Part shown: in pieces, positions 1-10,442 of the stretch
Numbering within the stretch: position 1 is the stretch's first letter
How the letters are laid out: each line of letters starts with the position of its first letter
NCBI RefSeq assembly: GCF_964188315.1
Contig: NC_135667.1
Coordinates: 26,598,001-26,662,000, forward strand
Length of the DNA: 64,000 bases
Direction of reading: 5' to 3'
Source of the DNA: Podarcis muralis
Taxonomy: Eukaryota
The notes under the pieces: model-generated
What the model saw: the letters and a program-made list of their open reading frames with translations, nothing else
What the model was told of the DNA's origin: nothing
Database searches by the model: none
Program-made: the position numbers and the translations under genes

Positions 1-119
1 CGTCTGCACATGCGTGAGCGGCAAAATCCGGAAGTAATGCACTCCATTACTTCCAGCTCACCGCAGCACGCAACCTGAAAATACTCATCCCAAAGCTACT
101 TTAACCCGAGGTATGAAAG
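1..119. mobile_element. 3' part of a Tc1/mariner-type MITE cut by the window edge (duplicate of 17260-17517)
   Basis: Matches 17399-17517 and ends in degenerate TIR gaggtatgaaag followed by TA. Confidence 0.7.
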
Positions 120-284
120 TATTGACCACTTAGCTTTTGCTTAACGGTTGCCATCAATTTGATTTTAATTAATTTTTATAATGAAATATTTTTAGAATGT
201 TGGATTATTTGATTGTTTGATTATTTGATTGTTGTTAGCCGCCCTGAGCCCGGCTTCGGCTGGAGAGGGCGGGATATAAATAAA

Positions 285-343
<59 letters not shown>
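120..343 (+). mobile_element. LINE 3' tail (L2-like) ending in an (ATT)n microsatellite
   Basis: gttagccgccctgagcc...gggcgggatataaat followed by (att)n; duplicate at 17518-17729; family assignment from recall. Confidence 0.6.
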
Positions 344-1237
344 GCTGTGGTTTACTTAGGTGTTCTACTGAGTCACAACAGGAAAAAGCTTGGTGTAATC
401 TGTTGCCATGTGTTAAATGTGTTTACAGATGGCAGCTATGTGCTGCCACCTGGCAGTTTGAGTGTTGGGTCATGCTGCCACTACCACTACTGCATAGGGA
501 GATAAACCTGTCTCTTTTTGCTCTTTTACTTCTGTTTTTGTTTGCCTCATCGTGTTGTTTGTTGCTTTCTAATTCGTGATAATTCACGAATTAAGAACAA
601 CATCAACAACCTCAGATATTTTCCCACAGGAGATACTATGCAGAATATGCTGCTCTGTAACATTTAGCAGGGAATGGAGCAAGGGGTTATGTGTAGGCAG
701 CATGTTGGCATTATAATGCTGTTCTTATTTATCTTTGTTGTCTGCAGCTCTTGGGACACACAATTGAAAGTTGAGTTCTTTCTTGGCAAAACACTCAATT
801 GCATTAGCTCCTAAGGTGTGAGAATCACATGTGCCACCCCTGCTAAATAGCTAGATGGGCATCTCCTTCTTCACACCTGTGCTCCATCCCAGAAGTTGGA
901 ACAACGGCATGCCATGCCCACATCTACTCCAGCACATTTAAACCCCCTCTTCTGGCGTGGTGCATGCAAGAGACTGGCAATTTCACTTGTGTGCATTTCC
1001 AGCTGATCCTCTCAGCCCGACTCTCTCTGGCACTGTGTCATCCACCTCTTGCCCTACCTCCGCTTCTCCTATCTCTAACTGCACAGCCTCTACCTCTTTC
1101 CCCTGCTTTGCAAGTTGCACAGACCCCCACAAATCACTGGTCCCTTCCCCTGAAAAGTCTCCTGAGCCTCTGCCACCTCTGCCCACCCTTCAGACTCTTG
1201 CCTTTCCCTCCTGTCCAACAATGAAGATAAAGGTAAA

Positions 1238-1625
1238 GGGATGCAGGTGGTGCTGTGGTCTAAACCATGGAGCCTCTTGAGCTTGCCAATTGGAAGGTCA
1301 GCGGTTCGAAACTGTGTGACGGGGTAACCCCCCTTTGCTCTGTCCCAGCTCCTGCCAACTTAGCAGTTCGAAAGCATACCAGTGCAAGTAGATAAATAGG
1401 TACTGCTGTGGCGGGAAGGTAAACAGTGTTTCAATGCGCTCTGGCACTCGCCATGGTATCCCATTGTTCCAGAAGCAGTTTAGCCATGCTGGCCACATGA
1501 CCTGGAAAGCTGTCTGTGGACAAATGCTGGCTCCCTCGGCCTGAAAGTGAGATGAGCGCCGCAACTCTATAGTCACCTTTGACTGGACTTAACCATCATG
1601 GGGTCCTTGACCTTGACCTTTTACC
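1238..1625 (+). mobile_element. Sauria (Squam1-type) SINE
   Basis: gggatgcaggtggtgctgtgg head, gttcgaa B-box-like motif, gcaagtagataaataggtac core, (gacctt)n tail. Confidence 0.9.
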
Positions 1626-2210
1626 TCCAGCAATGACTCACCTGAATGGAGGTTATGTAAGCTTCTCCACTACACTGCACCATGTCATCTGCTACTGCTA
1701 TTAAGAGTAGCAGTAAAAAGAGTAGCAGTAAAACTTTAAAAGTATCCCTGAATGGTCAAAACTAATCCCAAATTAATTTCCAAAAGCCTATACAGAAAAC
1801 AGACAGCAAAACTAGGAGCCTGTGAAATTCATCAAGCAATATGCGTGTGTGTGTGAGCATGCACGCACACCCAAAGCAATAATGCAATATGATTACAAAT
1901 AAGGAGTATTAAGGTTCCAAGATACAACAAAGACACTAGTGGGTTTCTGTGTGAGATAATGAGGGAGTCCGGTGCGCTTCTGCTGCCACTCAGCTTGCCA
2001 GACTTGTTGCAGAGTAAAACACAGTGTGTGCTCTGTGTGCAAGCATGCAGAAAAGAGAGTCTGTACTCAGCTTCTTCACTAATCTAATGAAGCTTTATTT
2101 GTACAGCAGCGATAAATCAACATCTCCAGGAGACGGCATAATTCCTCCCTTCTCCGTCAAAACCGAAACTAGGCTGAACACAAAGAACAGATTTCAAGAT
2201 GAGGGAACCA

Positions 2211-2214
2211 CACA

Positions 2215-2245
<31 letters not shown>
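2211..2245. repeat. (CA)n microsatellite
   Basis: Direct reading; length differs in the paralogue at ~19597-19641. Confidence 0.95.
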
Positions 2246-2247
<2 letters not shown>

Positions 2248-2941
2248 CAGTGGGCTTCACGCATACCCTGTGCCGTTTAACCCTATAAGCTGGGATTCTC
2301 CTCACACTCTGCCCCTCCCTTTTGTTGTCCCTCAGAGGGGAAAGGGAGCAAGGAAGATAGACATAATTTGGTGTTTTGCTAATTAAAGGAGGGCCTGGGG
2401 TGATTAGGAAGAGGAAAGAGAAAGACTCCAGCAAAGAGTTCCATTCTGAAGAGCTTAAAACATCAAACAGTGCAAGAAGGGTAGAAAGAGAGAATGGAAA
2501 GGAGGAAGGGAAATCCAGTGCAGGGCAATGTGTTTCTGTGGTAGGGAGTTAAAGAAGCAAGGGGAAGGATGGAGAAATGTTGCTAGTTCTCTGCAGAATT
2601 CAGAGATTCTGGTATTGAAGGAATGGGTTGCCTCTAAAGTAAAAAAAACTGGACTTGGTGGGTGGTTTGTAGTTCATGTTCCCCAAAATGTTTGCAACTC
2701 TGTGAATCCAGAAAGTCCACTTTGCATGGGGCCATCTCCACTAACTCAAATTAGTCTGAGGACAATCACATTCAGTCAATGAAGGAAGTGTTCTGCTTGC
2801 GGAAATCTGCTGAATAGAGATTTATTAGGCCAATGTGGGCCCACATCTGCAAAGTCACACATACAATCAAGCTGAAAGCATAGTTATGACTTGCCATGGA
2901 CCTGGCACAATTCAGCAGAATCAACATAAATATATGTGTGA

Positions 2942-2942
2942 A

Positions 2943-3002
<60 letters not shown>

Positions 3003-3075
3003 TTATTTATACCCCGCCCTCCCCAGCCAAGGCCGGGCTCAGGGCGGCTAACAAGCAATAATAAAAACAAGTTGA
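2942..3075 (-). mobile_element. LINE 3' tail (L2-like) with (AAT)n microsatellite
   Basis: Reverse complement of the tail at 120-343; absent from the homologous flanks at ~9470 and ~28480; duplicate at ~20338-20460. Confidence 0.65.
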
Positions 3076-3300
3076 ATAACTAAAATGTTTCAACTCTGTT
3101 ATAGAGCATAAAAATGATAAGATCCATTGTTGAACCTATATAACAGTTTATGAATTGTTATAAATTAGCATGTGTGTTCTCCAATATCTGCGTCAGACAT
3201 GAAAATAGTGATTTCAAAATCATTAGATTTTATCTTTATTATAAATGATTTAAAATATTTTCAATTGTTTTACTATTTTTGCGCAGAAAGAGAAACGTAA

Positions 3301-4260
3301 TCAATGCTGTAGACGTTGCAAATTGGGGAAGAATAGGGTGAATAGATTTGCCGTCATCTTCCACAATGCCGATTTCAGTTGCCTATTCCGTATACTATAG
3401 ATTATTGGGTTCATAACTGGAGGAAACATGCAATAGAACATAGAAAGCACAAGATCCATGACTGATGGGGACCCAGAAGTTGGCTTTAGATAGGCAAATG
3501 AACCACTGGCAAGAAATAAGGATATTACAATAAGATGTGGCAAGCAAGTTGAGAAGGCTTTTTCCTTCCCCTGGGCAGAAGGAATTCTTAGAACTGCCCT
3601 GAAGATCTGAACATAAGAATAAACTATCAGAGCAAAGTATGTAAAACCCAGAGACGCACCAACACAAATAACCCAAAATGCGATGAGATATGAATCAGAA
3701 CAAGCAATTTTAAATAACTGTGGGATTTCACAGAATAACTGGTTGATTTCATTGGAACAGAACTCAAGTGTGAATGTGCTTCCAGTGTATATTGTAGAAT
3801 ACAGAAGCCCACCAACCCATGCACAGATTGCCAGTTGGACGCATGTCTTTCTATTCATGATAGTCTCATAGTGCAGTGGACAGCAGATGGCAATGTAGCG
3901 GTCATATGCCATAATACCAAGGATGAACAAGTGAGATCCAATAAAAAGAATGAGAAAGAAAACCTGGCAGATGCATCCACTGTATGAAATAGTCTTGGTG
4001 TTCATCAGGGAATTTGACAAGGATTTGGGGACTGTGACAGATATTGAGCCAATGTCTTGGAATGCAAGATTGGCCAAAAAGAAGTACATGGGTTTGTGAA
4101 GCTGAGGACTGCAAGAGATGACTGTGATGATGAGAAGGTTTTCAATGAGAGCCAACAAATAAATAAGCAGAAAAGCAATGAAACGGAATGTCTCCATCTC
4201 CTGAGTATCAGAGAATGCATGCAAAATGAATTCCATCAGTCCTGATGATTGGTTGAACAT
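3301..4260 (-). CDS. Olfactory receptor, OR14-like, gene A (319 aa from first ATG)
   Basis: LHKPMYFFLANL, MAYDRYIAIC, KAFSTCLPHL and PVMNPIIYSIRN motifs; the ORF-track TTG start at 4284 lies in the polypyrimidine tract of the acceptor tttgcag, first ATG is at 4260. Confidence 0.95.
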   Translation of the reverse strand: MFNQSSGLMEFILHAFSDTQEMETFRFIAFLLIYLLALIENLLIITVISCSPQLHKPMYFFLANLAFQDIGSISVTVPKSLSNSLMNTKTISYSGCICQVFFLILFIGSHLFILGIMAYDRYIAICCPLHYETIMNRKTCVQLAICAWVGGLLYSTIYTGSTFTLEFCSNEINQLFCEIPQLFKIACSDSYLIAFWVICVGASLGFTYFALIVYSYVQIFRAVLRIPSAQGKEKAFSTCLPHLIVISLFLASGSFAYLKPTSGSPSVMDLVLSMFYCMFPPVMNPIIYSIRNRQLKSALWKMTANLFTLFFPNLQRLQH

Positions 4261-5170
4261 TGTGTAGGTATTTGGTACCTGCAAAGAGAAAACAAACCCA
4301 TTTTAGAAAGGAGAAGAGTATCAGAGGCTTTCATGCAGGTTCCCCATGTGATCAAATAGATTGACCTAGGTAAGCCAGAAACCATTGCTCTTTCAATAAA
4401 CATTTGTTTGTTGTTCATCTTAAAATTAAAAAGTATACACCTTTAAAAATGTTAAATCTCTAAGTGGTTAGTATTACATATTATAAAAATATTTCATATT
4501 GTTCAATGTTTCGTATATATATATAATATATAATATATAATCTATATTATATAAAGAGTTTATATTGATATTGCATTATTGTACTTGATCATTGTGTTGC
4601 CTTGGATATTACTGATGACTGTTGGAAAGAAACAGAGGAACTGAGGTGAGAGGGAATAGAAGGCAGCTGCTGCTTCCCTGAGCAGAAACCCTCCACAAGC
4701 CATCTTGTTGCAGGACTTTACCTGCTGAATACAGTGCCAAAAACATTCAAACATTATTCTCAAGACATTTAACTGAATCAGATTGTTTGTCTCAGGCTTC
4801 AGTGAGCGTTTCCTGCAACAACCATTCAGTAGAGATGGTCTAAGTTAACCAGTCTAACACTACAAAAGTGGCAACTAATCATTCTGTTTCTGCCACTGGA
4901 GCATTGTTATACTTTGGTGCAGCTTCGAGTGCGGATGACATCTGAAATCATTCCTCCCAGTATAATGCAGTTAGAAAATTTGCAACTCCACTAAGTGTCT
5001 TAAGGGGTGGAGCTCTTGATATGGTATATTGACCTCTAAGAGTGGTGCATCAGTCCTGGCTGGGGTGCTGGTTTTGGGGGGAGAGAGGGTGCTTATGCTG
5101 AGTGGAAGCATGAAATTCTGACCTGAAAACCTGCTTGTTTAGTAGTACTGTCCTTTTCCACTGCCAGAAG

Positions 5171-5203
5171 TGTGTGTGTCTCTGTGTGTGTGTGTGTGTG
5201 TGT
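5171..5203. repeat. (GT)n microsatellite
   Basis: Direct reading; longer in the paralogue at ~22519-22571. Confidence 0.9.
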
Positions 5204-5350
5204 AAAGCAGGCATTAATTCTCATCATAATCCAAAAGACCACGATGATCCCCATCATTCAATGATGCCTTTTTCCATGTCACGGGTTTCCAGCATGCACC
5301 AGCAAAGAGAATCTGCAGCTGACACATTCTCTTCAGTGCCTCATGCAAAT

Positions 5351-6886
5351 CACTGGGCAACAATTTTTTACTTTTTGAATGTTGTTTAGATTTCTACAAC
5401 TGATTTAGGGTATTTTTGCACTGCTGAATCAGGAAGTGGCATCCGTTTCTCTCCATCAGGTCAGGTTTATTGTAAACGGAATGGTGGGCATTGATAAAGG
5501 TAAGTACACGTAAATTGCATGTTGCTTCACCATTTTTCAAACTTCAGGGCTTGAACTTCCGTTTCTTGGAACTCCTGGAATGCTCAGCGGCAGGGAGGTC
5601 TCTCTTCAGAGTCCAACAGTAGTCAGCCATCATGACTGCGTCCCAGCGTCCCAGCGACCCTGATACCTGGTCTCCATCTCTTTCATGTCCTGATGGAATC
5701 TCTCCCCCTGCTCGTCACTCATTGAACCCAGGTTCTCAGGAAACCGGTCCATATGTGAAAATAGGTAGTGCATCTTGACGCTCATGTTGCAGCCCAGGTT
5801 TCTGAAAGCAGTCAGCATGTTGTTGACAAGTTCTGCGTAGTTTCTGGCCTTATTGTTGCCAAGAAAGTTATTCACTACCAGAACAAATGCCTTCCACGCT
5901 TCCAGTTCCACTTCGTTCATTGAGTTTCCGAACTCTGGATCTCTGATGAGCTGACGGATCTGAAGACCGTCAAAGATGCCACTTTCAACTTCTCCATGGT
6001 CAATCCTGGAAAAGCCTGGCACAAGTAAGTGAAGCAGTCACCATCCTTGTCCAGAGCCTTGGTGAACTGCTTGATTAAGCCGAGCTTGATGTGCAGCAGT
6101 GGGAAGAGTATTCTGTCTCTGTCCACCAGAGGGTCGTTGATGATGTTCCTTTTTTTGCAAGGCACCAATTCCTCCCGCACAGGCCAGTCCTTATTTGTGT
6201 AATGCTGAGCACGGTCCCTACTATCCCACATGCACAGAAAACATGGGTACTTGGTGAAGCCAGACTGTTGTCCCAACAAAAAGTTCACCATCTTCAGGTC
6301 AACACAAATAAACCACTTATGCTGATCATAACCAATTTTCTCCAGCACATACTTCACCTCTTCATAGTTCTCCTTCAGTGTACTCGAGTAAGCCAGGGGT
6401 ATAGAGGCAATCTGGTTGCTGTTGTGTAGCAGAACACATTTCAGTGATCGCTTGCTGCTGTCAATGAACAGTCTCCAATCTTTGGGTTCGTACTGTGGCA
6501 CTCCAAGCTTGAGCAGAAGCTGCGCAATATCTGCACAGTACACCAAGTCCTTCTCTTCCGAGAAAAAAAGGAGGTTTTATGACTTCAAACTGATCCCTTG
6601 TCGACATAATCACCCAGAACTATCAGACCTGAATACTTCTTGTCATTAAAATAATCATTTCCAATCAAAACAATTATTCAACATGGCATTTTACCCCCAC
6701 CAACTTCTTCTAAAATGCTCCACGCAAGTGTACATGTGAACAAAAACATAAAAAAACCGACATGTGGCCATAGCTCAAAAACATGACCTGATTGAGCAAA
6801 ACCAATGTGATCTTTGGATTCAGCGCATCAGATTCGTCCTAAAAAAACTGAAAAAACACAGACAACAAATTTGTTGTTGACCAGTG
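5351..6886 (-). mobile_element. Internally deleted Chapaev3/CMC-type DNA transposon with frameshifted transposase
   Basis: TIRs cactgggcaacaa / ttgttgaccagtg; overlapping ORFs 5917-6546 (WRLFIDSSKRSLK, LGQQSGFTKYPCFLC, LHIKLG) and 5630-6022 (KMHYLFSH, SDEQGERFHQD); family name from recall. Confidence 0.75.
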
Positions 6887-7050
6887 ATTGAAAATGTTAA
6901 AACAGATATTGGTAACATGTTAACTTCTCAGCACACCTGAACCTTAAAGTTTTGTCCAGAATTGCCCTCAGTATAATTAATTTGTGATAAATTGGTTTTT
7001 TATCAAGTTGATACTCAATAAGCCACTTGAGAAGTGATCCATAAAAACTG

Positions 7051-7068
7051 ACTCACCAAACTATTCAT
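7051..7068 (-). promoter_or_regulatory. Putative splice donor of the upstream exon of OR A (exon ends 7057, TTG|GTGAGT), with in-frame ATG at 7068
   Basis: Block gatctgccc-atg-aat-agt-ttg|gtgagt is homologous in all four OR14-like genes. Confidence 0.7.
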
Positions 7069-7303
7069 GGGCAGATCCTGTATAATTTAATACAATTTTA
7101 TGTGGTGGTATTTGTTGTTGTTGTTGTTGCTGCTGCTGCTTTATGTCTGCTCATTTTCTGCTTTTCTCTGATCACCCAGTATGATCTGTCACATCTTTAG
7201 CTCTCCATCACTGTTTAAGAGGTGATCTCCTTTACAGTTTTCCTCACTGACTAACAGAATAAGGAGATGTAGTAATTACTTTTATTTATATTTTGTTTCT
7301 CCA

Positions 7304-7327
7304 TTCCCAGGAGTCTAATAAACTCAG
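7304..7327. promoter_or_regulatory. O/E(EBF)-like site plus adjacent TAAT homeodomain core, putative OR A promoter
   Basis: ttcccaggagtctaataaactcag, conserved at 11941, 24666 and 31764. Confidence 0.6.
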
Positions 7328-7908
7328 AAGAAAATTCTCAGGTGTATGTGTGGAATGCATGTGTATTTTACTGTTTACATGTAAAAGTGTTCTATTAGAA
7401 TACCAAATGATAAAAGTTTCAAGCAAGAATCACTACGTCACATGGGATTTCACCTGATATACGTAGATTGAGTAGCAATATATGGAGGTACATACATCAC
7501 TTGGTTTCTTTTTCATTCATTTATAAATATTTCCATTATAACACTAAGATGCTTTAAAAATATTTCCTATAATATAATACTTAATATAATTAATATAATA
7601 TCTATCTATCATGTTCCAAGTTCTTTATTATTTTTTCTTAAAAATTGTAATAACATAATGAGGGTCAGTGTAACATTTGCTCCCAGCCTGTAATTCCCTT
7701 TTACAACTTTGAGAAACTTGTCTCCTGCTACTGCTATAAATCAGGGGGGCCCTTGTTCAGGAGAGAAGGAAGATAAACAACTGCCAAAGTACTTAGCCAG
7801 CTGGTTTCTGCCTGGCATGAAACATACAAACATTTGCAAATATATCTTTAAGGTCATTTTAAAATACAGGCCTTGATCAGATGCCTCAGTTCTAAATATA
7901 GTCGTACC

Positions 7909-8121
7909 TCGGTAGTCGAACAGAATCCATTCTGGAAGTCCGTTTGACTTCCAAAACTTTTGGAAACCAAGGCGCAGCTTCCGATTGCCTGCAGTAAGCT
8001 CCTGTAGCCAATCGAAAGTTGCGGAAGCCACGCCAGACATTCGGGTTCCACAGAACATTCACAAATGGGAACATTCATTTCCGGGTTGACTCCAAGGCAT
8101 TTGGGATCCAAGGTACAAATG
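7909..8121. mobile_element. Tc1/mariner-type MITE
   Basis: (c)agtcgtacct...aggtacaaatg termini with TA flanks; paralogue at 27338-27586. Confidence 0.7.
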
Positions 8122-8599
8122 TATCTGAGAAATCCGCTCACCTTTTTTTCTGGTGAGTGCTGTTGTGTCCAGGTATCGGGGGCCCTGCAGTGTTCTGGTG
8201 GAGGGGAGATTGACGACTCTCTTGTTGCTGTCTGGGCCACATCACTGGTGCTGGGCGGAACCCACCTAGGGGTGGCCCCGCTGTCCAATCAGGACCTGGG
8301 GGAGGCATGGCCGTGGGTAATTAAGACCACAGAGCATCTGGGGGGCCCTGTTCTCTTACCCTTCACCAGATCTCCCAATCCACCTGCCCTCTTTTTTATG
8401 CTTTGCTATGACTCAAAGCAAAAACTGGATTTGGTGGGTGGTTTGTAGCTCATGTTTCCCAGAATGTTTGCATTCTGTGAATACAGAAAGTCCACTTTCC
8501 ATGGTGCCATCTCCCCTAACTTACATGAGTCTGAGGACAATCACATTCTGTCAATCAAGGAAGTGTTCTGCTTGCAGAAATCTGCTGAATAGAGATTTA

Positions 8600-8992
8600 C
8601 CATATTGGCCCAAATATAAGGCGCACCCACAAATAAGCCACACCTTTCACATTCAATGGAGGGGAGTAAAAAAACAATACCCGAATAGAAGCCGCTCCCT
8701 TAAAATTCCGCAGGCACTCACAGCCGTAAATGGCAGATGTAGAAGAAAACCCTACTGGTACTAGAAAGGACCCACAAGTGAAAGCGATGAATGACATTAG
8801 AATTAATTCCACAACAGTCTCAAGCTCGCAAATCGGCAATAAAACATTTTTTTTGTTCTCTTTTACCATATGTCTGTTTCAGCAGCAATATCATAAAAGC
8901 CAATTTTTGTAAGGTTGCAAATTGAACCGCACTTTAACCTTTCACGGTCAGAATTTGGGGGGAAAGTGCAGCTTATATTCAGGCCAATACGG
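8600..8992. mobile_element. pogo/Tigger-type MITE
   Basis: TIRs ccatattggcccaaatataag / cttatattcaggccaatacgg with TA flanks; empty site gagatt-TA-ttaggcc at ~2818-2831. Confidence 0.75.
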
Positions 8993-8996
8993 TATT

Positions 8997-9355
8997 AAAA
9001 GGTAAAGGTACCCCTGCCCGTACGGGCCAGTCTTGCCAGACTCTAGGGTTGTGCGCTCATCTCACTCTATAGGCCGGGAGCCAGCGCTGTCCGCAGACAC
9101 TTCCGGGTCACGTGGCCAGCGTGACAAGCTGCATCTGGCGAGCCAGCGCAGCACACGGAACGCCGTTTACCTTCCCGCTGGTAAGCGGTCCCTATTTTAT
9201 CTACTTGCACCCGAAGGTGCTTTCGAACTGCTAGGTTGGCAGGCGCTGGGACCGAAAGACGGGAGCGCACCCCGCCGCGGGGATTCGAACCACCGACCTT
9301 TCGATCGGCAAGTCCTAGGCGCTGAGGCTTTGACCCACAGCGCCACCCGTGTCCC
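8997..9355 (-). mobile_element. Young Sauria SINE with 13-bp TSD
   Basis: Full length with CpGs intact; TSD ccaatacggtatt at 8984-8996 and 9357-9369; empty site at ~28372-28384. Confidence 0.95.
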
Positions 9356-9611
9356 ACCAATACGGTATTAGGCCAATACAATCACACATACAATCAAGCT
9401 GAAAGCATAGTTCTAACTTGCCATGGACCTGGCACAATTCAGCAGAATCAACATAAAAATATGTGTGAAAATAAGTACAAAACAAGTAAATTAACTAAAA
9501 AAAAATCCACTCTGCAACAGAGCATGAAAATAGTAAGAGCTATTGCTGAACCTATATAACAGTTTATTACTCTAATGGAGCACAGAAATTAAAGATCAAT
9601 CTCTGAATCTA

Positions 9612-10115
9612 TTAGACAGCATCTAAAAAAGCAGGGACATCACCTTCCCAACGAAGGTCCATATAGTTAAAGCTATGGTGTTCCCAGTAGTGATGTATGG
9701 AAGTGAGAGCTGGACCATAAAGAAGGCTGATCACCAAAGAATTGATGCTTTTGAATTATGGTGCTGGAGGAGACTCTTGAGAGTCCCATGGACTGCAAAA
9801 AGACCAAACCTATCCATTCTTAAGGAAATCAGCCCTGAGTGCTCACTGGAAGGACAGATCCTGAACCTGAGACTCCAATACTTTGGCCACCTCATGAGAA
9901 GAGAAGACTCCCTGGAAAAGACCTTGATGTTGGGAAAGATGGAGGGCACAAGGAGAAGGGGATGACAGAGGATGAGATGGTTGGATAGTGTTCTTGAAGC
10001 TACCAGCATGAGTTTGACGAAACTGCGGGAGGCAGTGGAAGACAGGAGTGCCTGGTGTGCTCTGGTCCATGGGGTCACGAAGAGACGGACACAACTAAGC
10101 AACTAAACAACAACA
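9612..10115 (+). mobile_element. BovB/RTE LINE, 5'-truncated 3' fragment
   Basis: MVFPVVMYGSESWTIKK...ELWCWRRLLR RT C-terminus and (caa)n tail. Confidence 0.95.
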
Positions 10116-10200
10116 TTTACTATTAATTAGCAAGTGTGTTCTCAAAAGATTTGCAACTGAAATGAAAATAAAGATTTCAACACAGGTTTTATCTCTATGT

Positions 10201-10436
10201 TTAAAAATGTTTTACTATATTTTTACAGGAAGAGAAACATATTGCAAATTGGGGAAGATAAATTGGGGTGAAAAATTTTGCAGTCAACTTCCACAATGCT
10301 GATTGCAGTTGCCTATTCCGAATACTACAGATTATTGGGTTTATAACTGGAGGCAACATGCAGTAGAACATAGAAGCCACAAGATCCATGGCTGATAGGG
10401 ACCCAGAAGTTGGCTTTAGATGAACCACTGGCAAAA
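10201..10436 (-). pseudogene. Truncated OR14-like 3' fragment (paralogue of gene C)
   Basis: Only TM7 and C-terminus remain (DLVASMFYCMLPPVINP); 8-bp deletion relative to 29742-29751; breaks off just before a MITE. Confidence 0.9.
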
Positions 10437-10442
10437 AGGATA

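Larger units (their letters stand above)
1..10436. repeat. Segmental duplication, copy 1 (paralogous to 17399-29766)
   Basis: 1-~7657 matches 17399-~25023 and ~7900-10436 matches ~27330-29766; ORFs 957/18343 and 1298/18684 translate identically. Confidence 0.95.

Noticed and set aside
957-1280. 107-aa ORF repeated identically at 18343-18666
   Set aside because: Low-complexity pyrimidine-rich sequence running into a SINE; the identity reflects the recent duplication, not coding constraint
2835-3083. ORF with a poly-Asn tract
   Set aside because: Translation of an (AAT)n microsatellite in a LINE tail
4261-4284. ORF-track N-terminal extensions from TTG starts (MQVP, MQEP, MIAQ, MDKF)
   Set aside because: These starts fall in polypyrimidine/acceptor sequence and are probably intronic
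6590-6630. LIVLGDYVDKG on the minus strand, resembling the PPP phosphatase GDxVDRG motif
   Set aside because: Ends in a stop three codons later, no other phosphatase motifs, and lies in the transposon 5' region; treated as chance
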